Source: Monocercomonoides exilis PA203
Taxonomy: Eukaryota; Protista; Preaxostyla
DNA length: 64,000 nt
Assembly (NCBI GenBank): GCA_001643675.2
Contig: LSRY02000011.1
Location: 992,001 to 1,056,000, forward strand
Direction of reading: 5' to 3'
This document shows, in pieces, positions 37,301-49,956 of this stretch. Position 1 is the stretch's first letter. The number at the start of each line of letters is the position of its first letter. Both the position numbers and the translations under genes were made by a program. The notes below the pieces were generated by a model, which saw nothing but the letters and a program-made list of their open reading frames with translations, was not told where the DNA came from and did not search any database.

Positions 37301-40300
37301 AACAATGGGGCTATTCCCACTGAATGTATTTCTGGACAGATATGCAAGTGCAGCACATACGGGGAAGATAAAGGATGAACTGGGTGGATACGACTCGTGG
37401 TTCTGTGGGTTTGATTATTATCCGTGTGCCACAATCACCCATGCAGCGCAGGTGAGATATCCAGACACAAACAAGAAGATCGAATTGGATTCAGGATTTG
37501 AGCTTGCGGAAGTGGTTGCCATGGCTGGTGAATATGAATGGGAGACTTCGTGTTCCACAAAAGGGATGAGAGTGAGCGTGAAAACTCCAGAGAGTTTTGA
37601 ATCTTCTTGTCTTATTGAGGTCCAGAGCACATGCAAAATGGAAAACATCAGCTTTACCATTCCAACAGAGCTGGAAGGGGTAACATCACTGATTTCATCC
37701 AACTCAACACTTCTCACACTCACAGACTGTTCTGTTTGTTGCTCTTCAGAGAATACAGAAGGTGATGCAATCGGATACAGCTTTGTCAGCGTAATTGGAA
37801 GAAAGCTAAAAATGGAGAGATTTGTGATTGAAGAAAGTTCACTATTTGGAGCGCACTCGTTGTTTGAGTTTGCAAGTGGGGTGGATGTTGTTGTGTGTGT
37901 GGGATGCAATGTGAGCAACGTTGAAAAGAGAAATGGAGATGGAGGATGGATGGATGGATGTGGAAGTTGGGACAGAAAGAGGTGAGGGAAAGAATGGGAT
38001 AATTGTGATTGAAGGATGCAATATCAAAGGGTGCAGCTGCTGTGGAAGAGGAGGAGGGATACATGCAAGTGTGAATGGAGAAGGAAGTGTGGTAGTGAAT
38101 GGGACGAGTGTGATTGACGGATGTGAAGCGAATGGTTTGGGAGAAAGAGAAGGGAGGGGCGGAGGAATGATGGTTGAGATGGGGAGCAGAGATTGTGGAT
38201 TGAAAATAGAGAGCGGTGCGAAGTTTTCAGTTGACGCAGATAACATCGCAATGTATGGGAAGGATGTGTTTGTTAGTTGCAACACAGGGATATTGCTTGA
38301 GTCAAAAGTGAATGCAACATCATTTGCACTATTTGATGCAAGAGCCATTCCAACAGATGTTTTGGAGTTGAGTGGGAATGAGAATGGGAATGAAGACGAA
38401 GTGATTCCGCTGTTTGTGTATTTGTGTTCAATGGGATCAAAGCTGATTGTTGATGGGAGTGGAAAATGGTCATTGGATCACAGCCGATGTGGATTCGAGA
38501 AGTTTGGGTGTCTGACAATTGACTATTGCGTGAGCCAGAGAGCGAACATCAACATTCATAAAATCGAAGTTGTTTCTGAATCATCAATTAAAAGTGAAGT
38601 GAAAGTGGCTTCATTTGAGGTGAGTGTATGTGGGAAAGAAGAGGGAACGAGAGTGGAGGTGAGTGATGAAGGATCAACAAACAAAGAAAGGTTTATTGAG
38701 TGCACAAGTTCGCTTTCAGTCAGCTATATCACTTTCTTTGTGAATTCTCCTCTGAAAAACGCAAGAAAAGCACTTATTTATTCATCACTGTCAACGCTCA
38801 CAATCTCAAACTGCTCCATTTCATTTGCAGAAAATGCACTGACAAATGGGATGATTGGATACAGCATTATTGACCAGACAGGAGGAGAGCTGATTGTTGA
38901 TGGATTTGTGATAGAAGAGGAAGTGAGAATGACAATGAATGGAATATCACCAATAACGATGAAAAATGGAACAGAACTGGATATAAAGAACAGCAGAGTT
39001 TGTGAAGTGGAAGTGGCTGGTGGGAATGGCGGAGGATGCTTGAATGTGGAAATAAAAGCTGGAGAGAGAGCAAATGTTGAAAACTGCAATTTTTCATCAA
39101 CATGTTCAGGAGGAAGTGGGATGAAAGGGGGAGGAATGAAGATATCAGTGGGGAAGGGAGGGAGGATGGAAATGAAAAATGTGAAATATTCAGGGTGTGA
39201 AGTGCCAAGAGAAGATCTTGAGGAAGGAGGAAGAGGAATCGGAGGAGGGATGTTTGTGAGATTTGCAGAAGAAATGGGATCAGCTGTGCTTGAAGGAATG
39301 ATATTCGAAGGATGCAATGCCTGGAAAGGGAAGAATGTGTTTCTTTCAGGATGGGATCTGAGTGAGATTGTGAACAAAGAGAACTTCAAATGGGAGATGA
39401 GTTCAGAGGAGTTGGGTTTATTGGATGAATTGTGTGGATGGGAGAGGAAGATGACAGGAGAGGAGGGATATGTGATTCCACTTGTTGTGTATTTGTGGTC
39501 GAATTGGAGTGGGGATGGGTTTGTTTCGAAGGAGAAAGGAGAGGACTTCAGTGGGTGTGGGTTTTCAGAAGCACCATGTTCATCGATTGACCATCTGATA
39601 TCACTGAGATATTCAACACTTGGAGAAGGGGAAACACACATCAGTATTGTGGGATCAGGGCTGTTGAGCCATTCCATTTCATTTTCTTTTATTTCATCAT
39701 AAATTTTAGAGTAACCAAAAGTGGTGATTGAAGGGACAAAGAAAGGGACAGCTTTGATCATAAGTGATGAAGATGAAAATGAATTGGATGATGGTTCAAT
39801 GATATCATCGAATGTGAGCCTGTCATTTGTGAATGTGTTATTCACCAAACCAACCATCACAACCCATCATAAAGTATTTATTGAATCATCGGGAGCAAAT
39901 GCAAACTTGTCTTTTGTGGACTGCTCATTTGGTTCATTGACGGGGATCACAGAGACAGCAGGATATTGCATGATGATAGTGAAAGGAGGAAATGTTTTGA
40001 TCCAGAGATGCACACTGAATGGGATCAATGAATTGAAAGGATTCATTGCTTTCACTCCAGAAGTGATCGATGTAATTGTCGAGAATGTGAAGATCACAAA
40101 TATCGGAGTAACAGATGGAAGTCTTATTTCTGGGTTAGGCGATAGCCAGATGAATGGATGTTCTCTTTTTCATTCAAACTACAACAAACCTGCTTTGAAA
40201 GTTGTCGGTTGTTCGTTTACAAATATCACAAATGAGGGAAGCAGAGCAAGTGTTATTGATGTGGGATCATTTGATTTTGTACTTGAATGCATAATAGATG

Positions 40301-43300
40301 AGTGTGCAATATCTAGTTGTAAGAGTGCTTCAAGCTTGGAAGGTGGAGGAATGAAAGTAGCGGTGAAGAGTGAAGAATCTGTTTTGAAAGTTAATAGCAG
40401 CTCATTTTCGATGTGCAAATGCTCAACTCAATCAGGGCGAGGTGGAGGGCTGTTAATTGATGGAGCCGAGGAAAATGCGAATTATGCTGATGAAACACAG
40501 ATTCCACCTCTGAAATTCAAGATCGTCAATGTCTTATTTTATGAAAATGAAGCATTTGTGGGGAAAGACATATTCATCAGATGCTACTCAATTGCTCATC
40601 AGATCAATGAAACACTGTTCGCTCTGAACTTCAATCAGGAATCTCTGAACTCAAACAACTCCATCTGTGGGAACGATTCGGAGAATGAAACTGATACAGA
40701 TCTGATTCCATTAATCACATTCTATTATTCCGCACAGGTGTTTCTGAATTCAACAGGAACTGACGGCAGAAGGTGTGGAGCTCAAAGCAATCCATGCCTC
40801 AGCATTAACTGCGGGGTTGATCACATCCAGGAAGGAGTAATAAACGTGATTCTAATTGATGAGGAAGGAACTCTTTCTGGAGAATGTGTGATTGTAGATC
40901 TGGTTGTGAGGTCATTCAAGAAATCACAAACGATTGTGAGATTGAACTCAAAGATTGAGAAATCATTTGAGAAGGATTGCATCATGGAGTTTATGAATGA
41001 ACGTTCTGTGGAAAGATGCTCATACCAGTTTGAAGATGGATTTGAGTCAACTCACAATTATCTCATAAAAGTGAAGAATGGTTCAATGGAGATGCAAAAA
41101 TGTGAATTCTCTTCAGCAATTGAGTTGAAATTGAACAGTTCAGTTGCGAATGTGAAAAGCGGAGAGTTGAAGATATCAGAAACAGCATTCAGGAATCTTC
41201 ATTTATCAGCATCAGTGCTTTCATTTTGTGAAGAGTCAAAAGTGGTAGTGGCTGAGACGATCATCACAAACATTGAATGTGAAGGCGATGTGGTTGTGGT
41301 GGGAGGCAAAGCGAAAGTGGAGATGAAAGAAATAGCAGCCAGTAATATTTCATTGTTGAAAGGAGGAAGTGCAATGAAGATTGAAGGAGCAGAAAAAGAT
41401 GTGAGTGTTCTGAATTGCTCATTTGGCAAATGCACGAATTCGAAGGATAAAGGAAGCATGGTCCAGATAAGAGAAAGTAGAGCAGCGAGGATTGAGGCAT
41501 GCGTGTTTGATGGAGAAACGAATGGAGAATGGAAAAGGAAAAGAAATGGGAAAATGAACAGAAAGGAGATCTGTGGGTGGAATGGATCATTGGCTGATAT
41601 TGAAAACAGCAAAGTGGAGATGAGGGAAACAACAATCAGAAATAGCAAAGCAGGTGGGTTGTGGATGAATGGAGGCAGTTTTGTAATTGAAAATGGAAAG
41701 TTTGAGAACAACAGTCCATCCATTGAGGAATATCCATCAGTTCGAAGGAATGTGATCTGCACAGGGAATGGCAAATTGAATGTTGTGAGTGTGAAAGGGG
41801 GAGATGGATTGAAAGATAATTCTTCACTTTGGATATTGGATGAGGGATGCAGATTGGGAGGGATTGCAGCTGAAAGAGCATCTCCCTTTTTATTGCAATT
41901 CTTGAAGATGTGAAGAAAACAACCCAGCCATCAGGTGAATTGGAGTTGATCATTCATGGGAAGCTGCTTCTGCCATGTGATTTGTCTGTGAAGATTAGCA
42001 TAAAAAATGGGGACGAAGAGGAAATAGTGAGAAAGGAAATTGATGAAGAAAGCTATGTGTCAGAGAATGAAATTCATTCAGTTATTTCATCTTCAGAATT
42101 GGAGAAAGTGAGAGACGAGACAGAAGTGAGCATGTGCATTCTGTTTGGAAAAGTTGATTCTCCTTCATCAACTGAGTCTTTCATTCTGAAGAATGGAAGT
42201 GAAATTAAGGCCAAAGGAGATGATAGAATTGCTGAAGGGGGAAAAGAAGGTAAATCTTATTGGTTGTTTATTGTGATTGCTATATTTGCTGTGTTGTTTT
42301 TGATTATTCTGATTGTGTCAATTGTTCTCGCTATTCGATGGAGAAGGGCAAAGAATGAAAACAAAGATCTGAGAGAGATTGTGAACGATTCAGTGAGAAA
42401 AGATCCGAAACTAATTGAGATGGTAACAATGGAGATGTCACCTGAGGAGCAATGGAGGAGAGCAGAGAGGGAGGCCGAGAAGAAGAATGAAGAGAGGATC
42501 AAGAAGAGGGTGTATGAGAAAAGCTTGGGGCACTCAGAGTCATCAGAACATCTTCTATCTGAAAGTGGATCGACTGAATACATTTTAGGAAAGGACTCAG
42601 ACAAGATTCCAGAATGGGTGCTGGAGAAAGATGAAGAAGAAGAGATAAGGAAGAGAACACCATCTCCATCAATTTCATCCACTTCAACAACTGATTCAGT
42701 TTCAACATTTGTTCGAGGGGAGGATCTGTGTCCAACCACCTCATCAATGTCGAATCTGGTGGATGCAATGGCCTGCTCATCTCCACACGAGAAACTGATT
42801 GTGGATCTGAGGGATTCGTTGTTCATGTTGCTTCATGGGAGGAACGAGAAGAAGGAGATGGCAATTGGAAGTTTGCAGGAGAGGGAGCAAACAGCTGCCC
42901 AGGTCTTGTTCTGGGTGGCGAATGGAGCACTTCATTCGTTTGATGAAATGGAAATTCCACTTCAATCACTGGCAAATCTGAGTCCGCATATTGTTCTTTT
43001 CTCCGAGCATATGGTCATCTGCATTGTGATGCACTCGGATTTCTCTTCAGATGATTCAGACTCGTCATCCATCTCTTCATTTTCTATCATTTCGTCTTCG
43101 TCAAATATAACATTGAAGAGCGAGAGATTCTCAGACTCACCACCTTCGTCTGCATTTGAGGATGAGGATGATAATTGGAAGGAGTGCTTGAGGTGGAAAG
43201 CGCCAGAGTTATTGATCCACAAGAAAATGGAGGCAACAAAAGAATCTGTTGCATTCTCGATTGGGATTATGCTTTGGGAATGTTTAACATTGGATATCCC

Positions 43301-43592
43301 GTTTGGAGAGTATGAGGCTGTGATTGCTGGAGATAAGATTGTGAAAGGAGAAAGGCCAAAGATGGAAATTTTGTGTGAGTCAAAGCTATTACAATTGACA
43401 AAGTGCTGCATCGAACAGAAAGATGAAAACAGGCCGAAGCTAAGCGATATAAAGAGAGAATTAATTCAGTTATTTCCAGCTGGAGCAGTAATTTTCACAA
43501 TTTCTGATGCTGCTGATCTGGAAGAGGATTCAGATGGAGATGAAAGTGGAACTGAAAAATGTATTAGTAATGCTTTAACTGTTTCAACATGA
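34378..43592 (+). pseudogene. Receptor-like gene, copy 2, disrupted
   Basis: ORFs 34533-37985, 37921-39702, 39721-41913 and 41910-43592 encode the same protein as copy 1. ATG at 34378 (MLFIVIAVVIT). Shared (GGAT)n frameshift ~37945 and TAA..TAA at 39700-39714. Confidence 0.8.
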
Positions 43593-46062
43593 AATTTATG
43601 AAGCGCAATTGACAAAAATGCAAGAAATTTTATGGGAAATGAGGTAATGGAATGAAAGAAGTTTTCAGTTTTTTATATTCACGTTCGATAAATGATGTTG
43701 TTATGCTCAAATAGATGGAAATTTTATAAACAATAGAAATATGATTTTAACTGTTCGTTAACTGTCTGTTGTTTTCGAAAGGGATCAACGAGCAATTTCA
43801 TTACTCATCTGTAAATGTACTTCATGAGCTATTTTTTATTATTTAGCTAGATGCTTAATTCAATCCAATATGTGTGTTGTCATACATCAAATCATTTCCG
43901 AGAAAATGAACATCATTTTTATGTAATCATCGAAGAGCCGAAGCTCAAATTCTGTTGTTTATGGAAGATATCTTTTGCACATGTGTAAAAATTCAACATG
44001 AATAGTAATGATGTTTTTATTTTCATTAAATTAATTTATAATATGCATGATGATAATTTTATGTTTTTCAAATCATTTGATGGAAAATAAAAATTTTCAA
44101 ACCTTTTTTTTTCCCTCTGGACAAGAACTTTTTTTTTTCATTAACTGAAAATCCAAAATGAAAATATTAAATTATCTTCATTCAAACAACAGTTTGTTTT
44201 ATAAGTACATGAAGATATTTAGTGAAGATCTGAAGATGAAAGAACATTTGAAACTTTTTCATATGATAATATGAAATGTTGTATAATTTGTTAATTCACA
44301 ACAATTATCACATGAAATAGTTCTGAAAGAAGTCATTTTTTCACAAATAATTGTTTTAGAAATTTGATATTAACAAAATCTTTTGATTTGAACAAAAAAT
44401 CTTTCAGTGTTGCAGATAAGAAGAATCTTTGTAAAAACTCGAAAAGAAACATTTTTTTTTTAAAACATAATAAAAACTTCGAAATGGAATTTCAAATTTG
44501 GGCATGACAAAAGTGAAATGGTGGTTTTTTTCTTAAGGAGGATATAATTTCAAGTGTGCGAATATTGTTGAAATAATATTTTTTCTGTCAAAATTTTTGG
44601 TTAAAATTTTTATTTTGAATTATTATTTATTCATAATGAAAATATATGAAATCATCGAAAATAGTTATGAAATATGTGCACTTCAAACTTTATATACATA
44701 TATATATATAATTGTTGGACATTTGACATATGAATGATAATTTTCAGTTATTGATAAAAGACTATTCTATTATCAACATCCTGAAAAAAGTTATGACAAC
44801 AAAATATTTTACCCTTGTATGTTTTGAATAAATATATAGGGAGCATATTTTATTTTGACTTCAAAATTTTATCTCAACCCTTTTTTTTGAAACTTTTTGA
44901 AGCTTTTTTCGAGCTTAGCAAAGGTTTGAAACAAAAAATAAATAAACAAATAATTTTATCATAATTTTTTACAACTTTCTGTTATTAAATATTTTGAAAA
45001 TTTTTTGTTCATATAAATTGTTATTATTTTTTTTATTTTTGTACCCAGATCGATGACATACTGGTGATAAGGTGAATGTTTTCTCCTGAACGTTTTTAGC
45101 CACAACATCATAATTCCACATTCATAAATTTTTATTTTTTATTGTTTCTAACTTTTTCAATTTAATTTTTGACATTTTTTTCTCATTTCACTGTTTTTGC
45201 TTAAAACACGTTTTTTTATATAAACAAGTGTTTGTGTCAAATTTTATAAAAATGAAAAAAAATATATAAAGTCTTATTTATCGTTTATTTGCATCAAGCA
45301 TTGAAATGAAAAGGAACTTTTCAAGAATTTGAACTGAAAAGCAAGTATATATCATTTTTTTGTGTTTCAAATTACCAAACACTCACAAATAAATTATCTT
45401 TTTAACATACAAGAATCGTTTTATTTTTATAATGTTTATTTATCATTTCAATAAATTTCAAAACAAATTCATATGTGTCCTTAAAATCGTGTTTTTTGAA
45501 AAAATGTGTGAAATGAGAATAAATGTAAAAAAAACAAGTTGAGAAAGCATAAAACAACTAAATCATATAAAAAAGAAACGATGTATTATGATATAAAAGC
45601 ATAAAACTTTTAATAAAAAATATTTGCTGGAAAAGCAGCAAGTCAATGATCAAGACATAAAATTATTATTATCCTCGATCTTTTTGCAAAACATGAAATA
45701 TTGAAAAAAAAAATACAGAATAAGGAAATTCAAATATTTCAAACATTTCTGGTTATTTTTTATTAATCACAGGCTTGTGTAAAGCTAAAAACATGACAAA
45801 AAAGAAAAAGGTCTAGATAAAGAAAAAATGTCAAGATAAAATCATTGCCCTTATTATTTTTGATATCAAGTGTTTTCAATTAAACTTTTGGAAAAACAAT
45901 TTTTTATATATTCATGTTAATGTTAAAAAGTTAAAAAACCATTTTCTTAAAATATTTTCTTGTATTCATCTCAAGCATTGCTTTTTCAAAAAATTGTGAT
46001 GCTTTTCCATAAAAATGCAAGTTTTCTTTAAAAAGATAAATAACCTTTTAAAAATCAACATT

Positions 46063-46303
46063 TGTCTAAATTTTTTTGAAAAGTTCCTTTTGTTTAATTT
46101 TCAAATAAAATTAAAATTTCCTATTTCGATCAAATTTCTATTTCCACTCACCAAATTTTGCTGTTATGAAAACAAAATCTTGACAATGTTTGTATTTCCA
46201 ATTTTGTGACGTTTCGTAAGAAGGAACAGATATTTGATCGAATAATGAAATTTTTTTTTTATTAGCGAATTAAACAAAAGGAACTTTTCAAAAAATTTTG
46301 ACA
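46063..46303. mobile_element. Degenerate MITE-like foldback (~240 bp)
   Basis: tgtctaaatttttttgaaaagttccttttgtttaatt (46063-46099) pairs with 46268-46303. Inner ttcgatcaaat / atttgatcgaa also pairs. Confidence 0.5.
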
Positions 46304-46557
46304 TTTGCAAAAAAGTTATGATTTCAACAATTATCACACATTCGATAAATTTTTTTATTTCAAAAATCATCAAAATCACTTTGTTATCATGAAAGATATT
46401 TATTTTTTTTGACAACACTGAGAACTAAATAATATTATTTATTATGAAAATGAAATTACCTCAACGTCAATAACGTTTTTTGTTGATTTTCAAATAAATA
46501 AAACATCAAGAATAGTTCAGCGTAAAAAATTTTTGATCACAATTTACATAATATTTA

Positions 46558-47180
46558 ATGATTCACGATAAAAAAGAACATCCGCTTCATTTTGAATGGA
46601 CGTTCTTTTATAGACACCCTGTTAAAAAGGCACCAACAGAAAAAGAATGGATGGCTTCATTTTATCGTTTAAAAACCTTTTCAACTGTTGAAGGGTTCTG
46701 GGAGTATTGTAACTTTTTGTTTTTCTGTTTTAAACTCAACATTTCTGAAAAAAAATATATGAACAATATTTTCAACGCAGAATAATTTGTAACGTACCAC
46801 AATCATCAATACTTCCACAGAAAGCAGCATACTATTTATTTCGTTCAGAAATATCTCCTGCTTGGGAAGATCCTGAAAATATTAATGGAGAAACTCTTTC
46901 ATTGACAATAAGAACAATTAATTCACAGGCTATATTAGAACACGTGTATTTGGAAATTTTGATGCTTACCATTGGAGATCTTCTACCCGAACCAGAAAAG
47001 ATTAGCGGAGTCGTTTATACTGCAAGTAAATTGACCATCGAACTTTGGCTAAAACAAAATACGGATAGAGAGAAATTACAAAGCGTTTTGACAGAAGTTG
47101 TAAGTAAAAGTCTTCCTGAAAGAAACAGAAGTAATATTTCTAAAACAATAGCCTTTGCATATACTTCTCATAGCAAATAG
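46558..47180 (+). CDS. EIF4E: eIF4E-family cap-binding protein (divergent)
   Basis: EHPLHFEWTFFY, TFSTVEGFWE, YYLFRSEISPAWEDPEN, IELW. One intron 46704-46780 (GT..AG) restores the frame. Confidence 0.9.
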
Positions 47181-47291
47181 CGCAAAAGTGATGATGTTCT
47201 TTTTCATTATTTTTTTCTTTTCTTTTTACAATGAAAAATAATAAACACGTTCAATGATGGTTATGATCATATTTTTTGCTTGTTATTGTCA

Positions 47292-48348
47292 ATGTACAGA
47301 GGGGGAGTTTTGGGAAGAAGTTTAACATTTTCACTTGTAACTTAATAAATATAATTAATTTTAATTATTTCCTTTTAGATGTCAGAGCGGCTCAGGAAAA
47401 GAAAGCTGCTGAAAATCGTGCAAAACGATTACAATTTTTAAAAGAACAACTTGATGCGTTTAAAGAATCGATGAAAAAATTTGCAATTGAACACAAAGAT
47501 GAGATCGCTAAAAGACCAGAATTTCGTTTAAAATTTCACAACCTTTGCAGAAGTGTTGGAATAGATCCTTTAACTTCGTCAAAAGGGATGTGGGCTGAAC
47601 TACTCGGAATTGGAGATTTTTATTATGAACTTTCTGTGCAAATTGTTGATGTTTGTATCAGTACAAGAAATCATAATGGAGGAATCATTGAAATATCAGA
47701 GCTTAAACGAAGAGTGGAAGATTTGCGTAATCAGAAAAATTCCATCTCAAATGACGATATTGTTAGAGCTATAGGAAAATTAAATATTTTACGAAGTGGA
47801 TTTTGCGTCCATAGAATTGGAAAACAAACTCTTATTCACACAGTGCCTAATGAACTCAACATGGATCAAAAGTTGATACTCGAATTAGCTCAACGGAACT
47901 GCGGTCGCTTTACAAAAAAAACCGCAATCCAACAATTGAAATGGGATGAAGAACGTATAGATCGCTCTTTGGGAGATATGATGAAAGAAGGTTTTTTTTA
48001 TTAAAGACTTTTTTTATTAATAAAATAATTTTTTACGAAAATATGCTATTTCTTAAAGGGACCGTTATGATAGACGAGCAGAGCCCAACAGGAGAGATGC
48101 TCTATTGGGTTGTTGGGCTGCTTCGAATGGGTCTGGACGGTACCTTGGAGATTGGCGAGGAGACAGTGAGCAGCGATGAAGGATACGAACAGGAAAGAGC
48201 TTCTTCTTCTTCCACTCCATCTTCATCTTCATCTTCATCTTCTTCGTCGCCTTCCACTTCACCTTCAGCGTCAATGTCTGCATCTTCATCATCATCTGCA
48301 ATTAGAAGGACGCCTCCTCCCCCGCCTCCGCGCAAAAGAACAACTTGA
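47292..48348 (+). CDS. SNF8: ESCRT-II subunit Vps22/SNF8/EAP30
   Basis: FAIEHKDEIAKRPEFRLKFHNLCRSVGIDPLTSSKGMWAELLGIGDFYYELSVQIVDVC..RNHNGG. Introns ~47320-47378 and ~47991-48058. Ser/Pro-rich C-terminal extension. Confidence 0.93.
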
Positions 48349-49220
48349 TTCTATTCAAAGATCTGTTTTTTAAAAATTGTAAATGTGTCTATTTTTGAGG
48401 TAATTTTGTTAGATTTTCTGAATATTTACTCCTTTATTTCTTTCAAAAAATTGAATAAGATTAATTAAAATTGTTTCCAAAAATTGGAAAGCAATAATCT
48501 TTTACTAATTGCATTTTTATTTATTTTGTCGGAAAGAATCTCCAGCATTCATACAAAAGCATCTTGCACATCTCTGATTTTTTTCAACAAAACAAAGGAA
48601 TTTGAAGAAGAATAAATAAAAAGAAAATTTTTTTTTTATATTTTTACATGAAGAGATTTAACTTTTTTGTTTGACTTGAATGACTTTTGAAAGAAAATCA
48701 AAAGATCATTAAAAAAGAAAATAAAAGAAAAGCGAATTCCCGTCTAAACTTTTTTAGCGAATCAATGAAAATATGTGCATTTATTTTCTTTTGTAAAATA
48801 TAATAAAACGAGTGATTAAGCTCATCGAATTTAAAAAATGATGAGGAAATATTTAGAAATAAAAAAATAATACCACTGCAATGAAAGATCAGAAAATCTA
48901 AATAAATAAAAAAAAAAATAGAACTGTAAACTACGTCAACATTATCAAAAAATTTTTTGTGTGAAGATTCAAAATCATTTCGAAGAGACATAAGACAAGT
49001 TGTTGTCAACTGTTTGATCTATTTCATTTTACAGTGATGGCGATACTTAATATCTATTATTTTCTAACAAAAAAAGCATACAACCAACAAATATAAAACT
49101 ATTCTAAATCCAAAACCTTTTTCTCTTTCTCCATCTTTCTTTCTTCCTTTTAAACTTATTCCCCCCTTCTTCCCTCTTTCTTTCTCTTTCTCCTCTTTCT
49201 CCTCTATCTTTCTCCCCTTC

Positions 49221-49920
49221 TTATGCTTTGTTCAACTGCTGCATAAGATCCTCAATCTGATCCCCGTATTTTTGCCTCAGCGCAAATCGCTTCAACTTCA
49301 TCGTCGGCGACAACAGCTGGTTTTCCACTGTGAACGGAGCCGCCTCCAAAATCACCCCAAAAATGCGATGGAAATGAGGCATCTTCTTTTCTGTAAGGAT
49401 TTTGCCGTACTCTTCCAAAAGATACGTCTTCAGCTTGCTTTTGGCTGAAGGTATGCTGAGAAGCGCTTCGGCATATGTGATTGTCTGCACTGGAGCTGCT
49501 GATGGAGAGGAGGAGGAGGAAGAAGAGGAAGAGGAAGAAGTAGCAGTTGAAGATGCAGATGCAGAAGAAGAAGAATCATCACTCGCTGTCTGTCTGTTTC
49601 CTCTCTCCATCTCAATCTCCTTCATCCTCTTTGCCACCTCCGTCTTGAACGAATTGTCTGCAGCCCACTTCTTCGCTGCTGCCTCGTCGATGACCACAAC
49701 CGCAACCAGCTTTGAGTCAAACGGAGAGCCATACACCCACATTTGCGAGGTGAGTGGAGAAGATTCTTCAAATGTCTGTTCCACTTGCTCAGGACACACG
49801 TATTCTCCTTGCGACATCTTGAAGATGTTCTTCTTGCGGTCGATGATGGAGAGGAAGTTGTACGGCTTGGCTATGGTGGCGTTGGCTGGGATGGAATGGA
49901 AAGAAAAGGAAAGGAAACGA

Positions 49921-49956
<36 letters not shown>

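Larger units (their letters stand above)
31784..45849. repeat. Right arm of giant inverted duplication
   Basis: Reverse complement of 17479-31547. Differences seen are mainly 1-nt homopolymer indels plus rare SNPs. Confidence 0.97.

Noticed and set aside
39700-39714. Genome-wide TAA/TAG = Gln code
   Set aside because: RPL27 ends at its conserved C-terminus with TAA, the esterase and ACSL end in TAA, eIF4E ends in TAG, and long ORFs lack in-frame TAR.
24186-41913. Arm-specific frameshifts as biological differences or programmed frameshifting
   Set aside because: Each is a 1-nt homopolymer length difference that is intact in the other arm, typical of unpolished sequencing error in repeats.
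17479-45849. Polinton/virus or DNA transposon with giant terminal inverted repeats
   Set aside because: No integrase, transposase, polymerase or capsid ORF, the spacer is only 236 bp, and no clear target-site duplication is visible.
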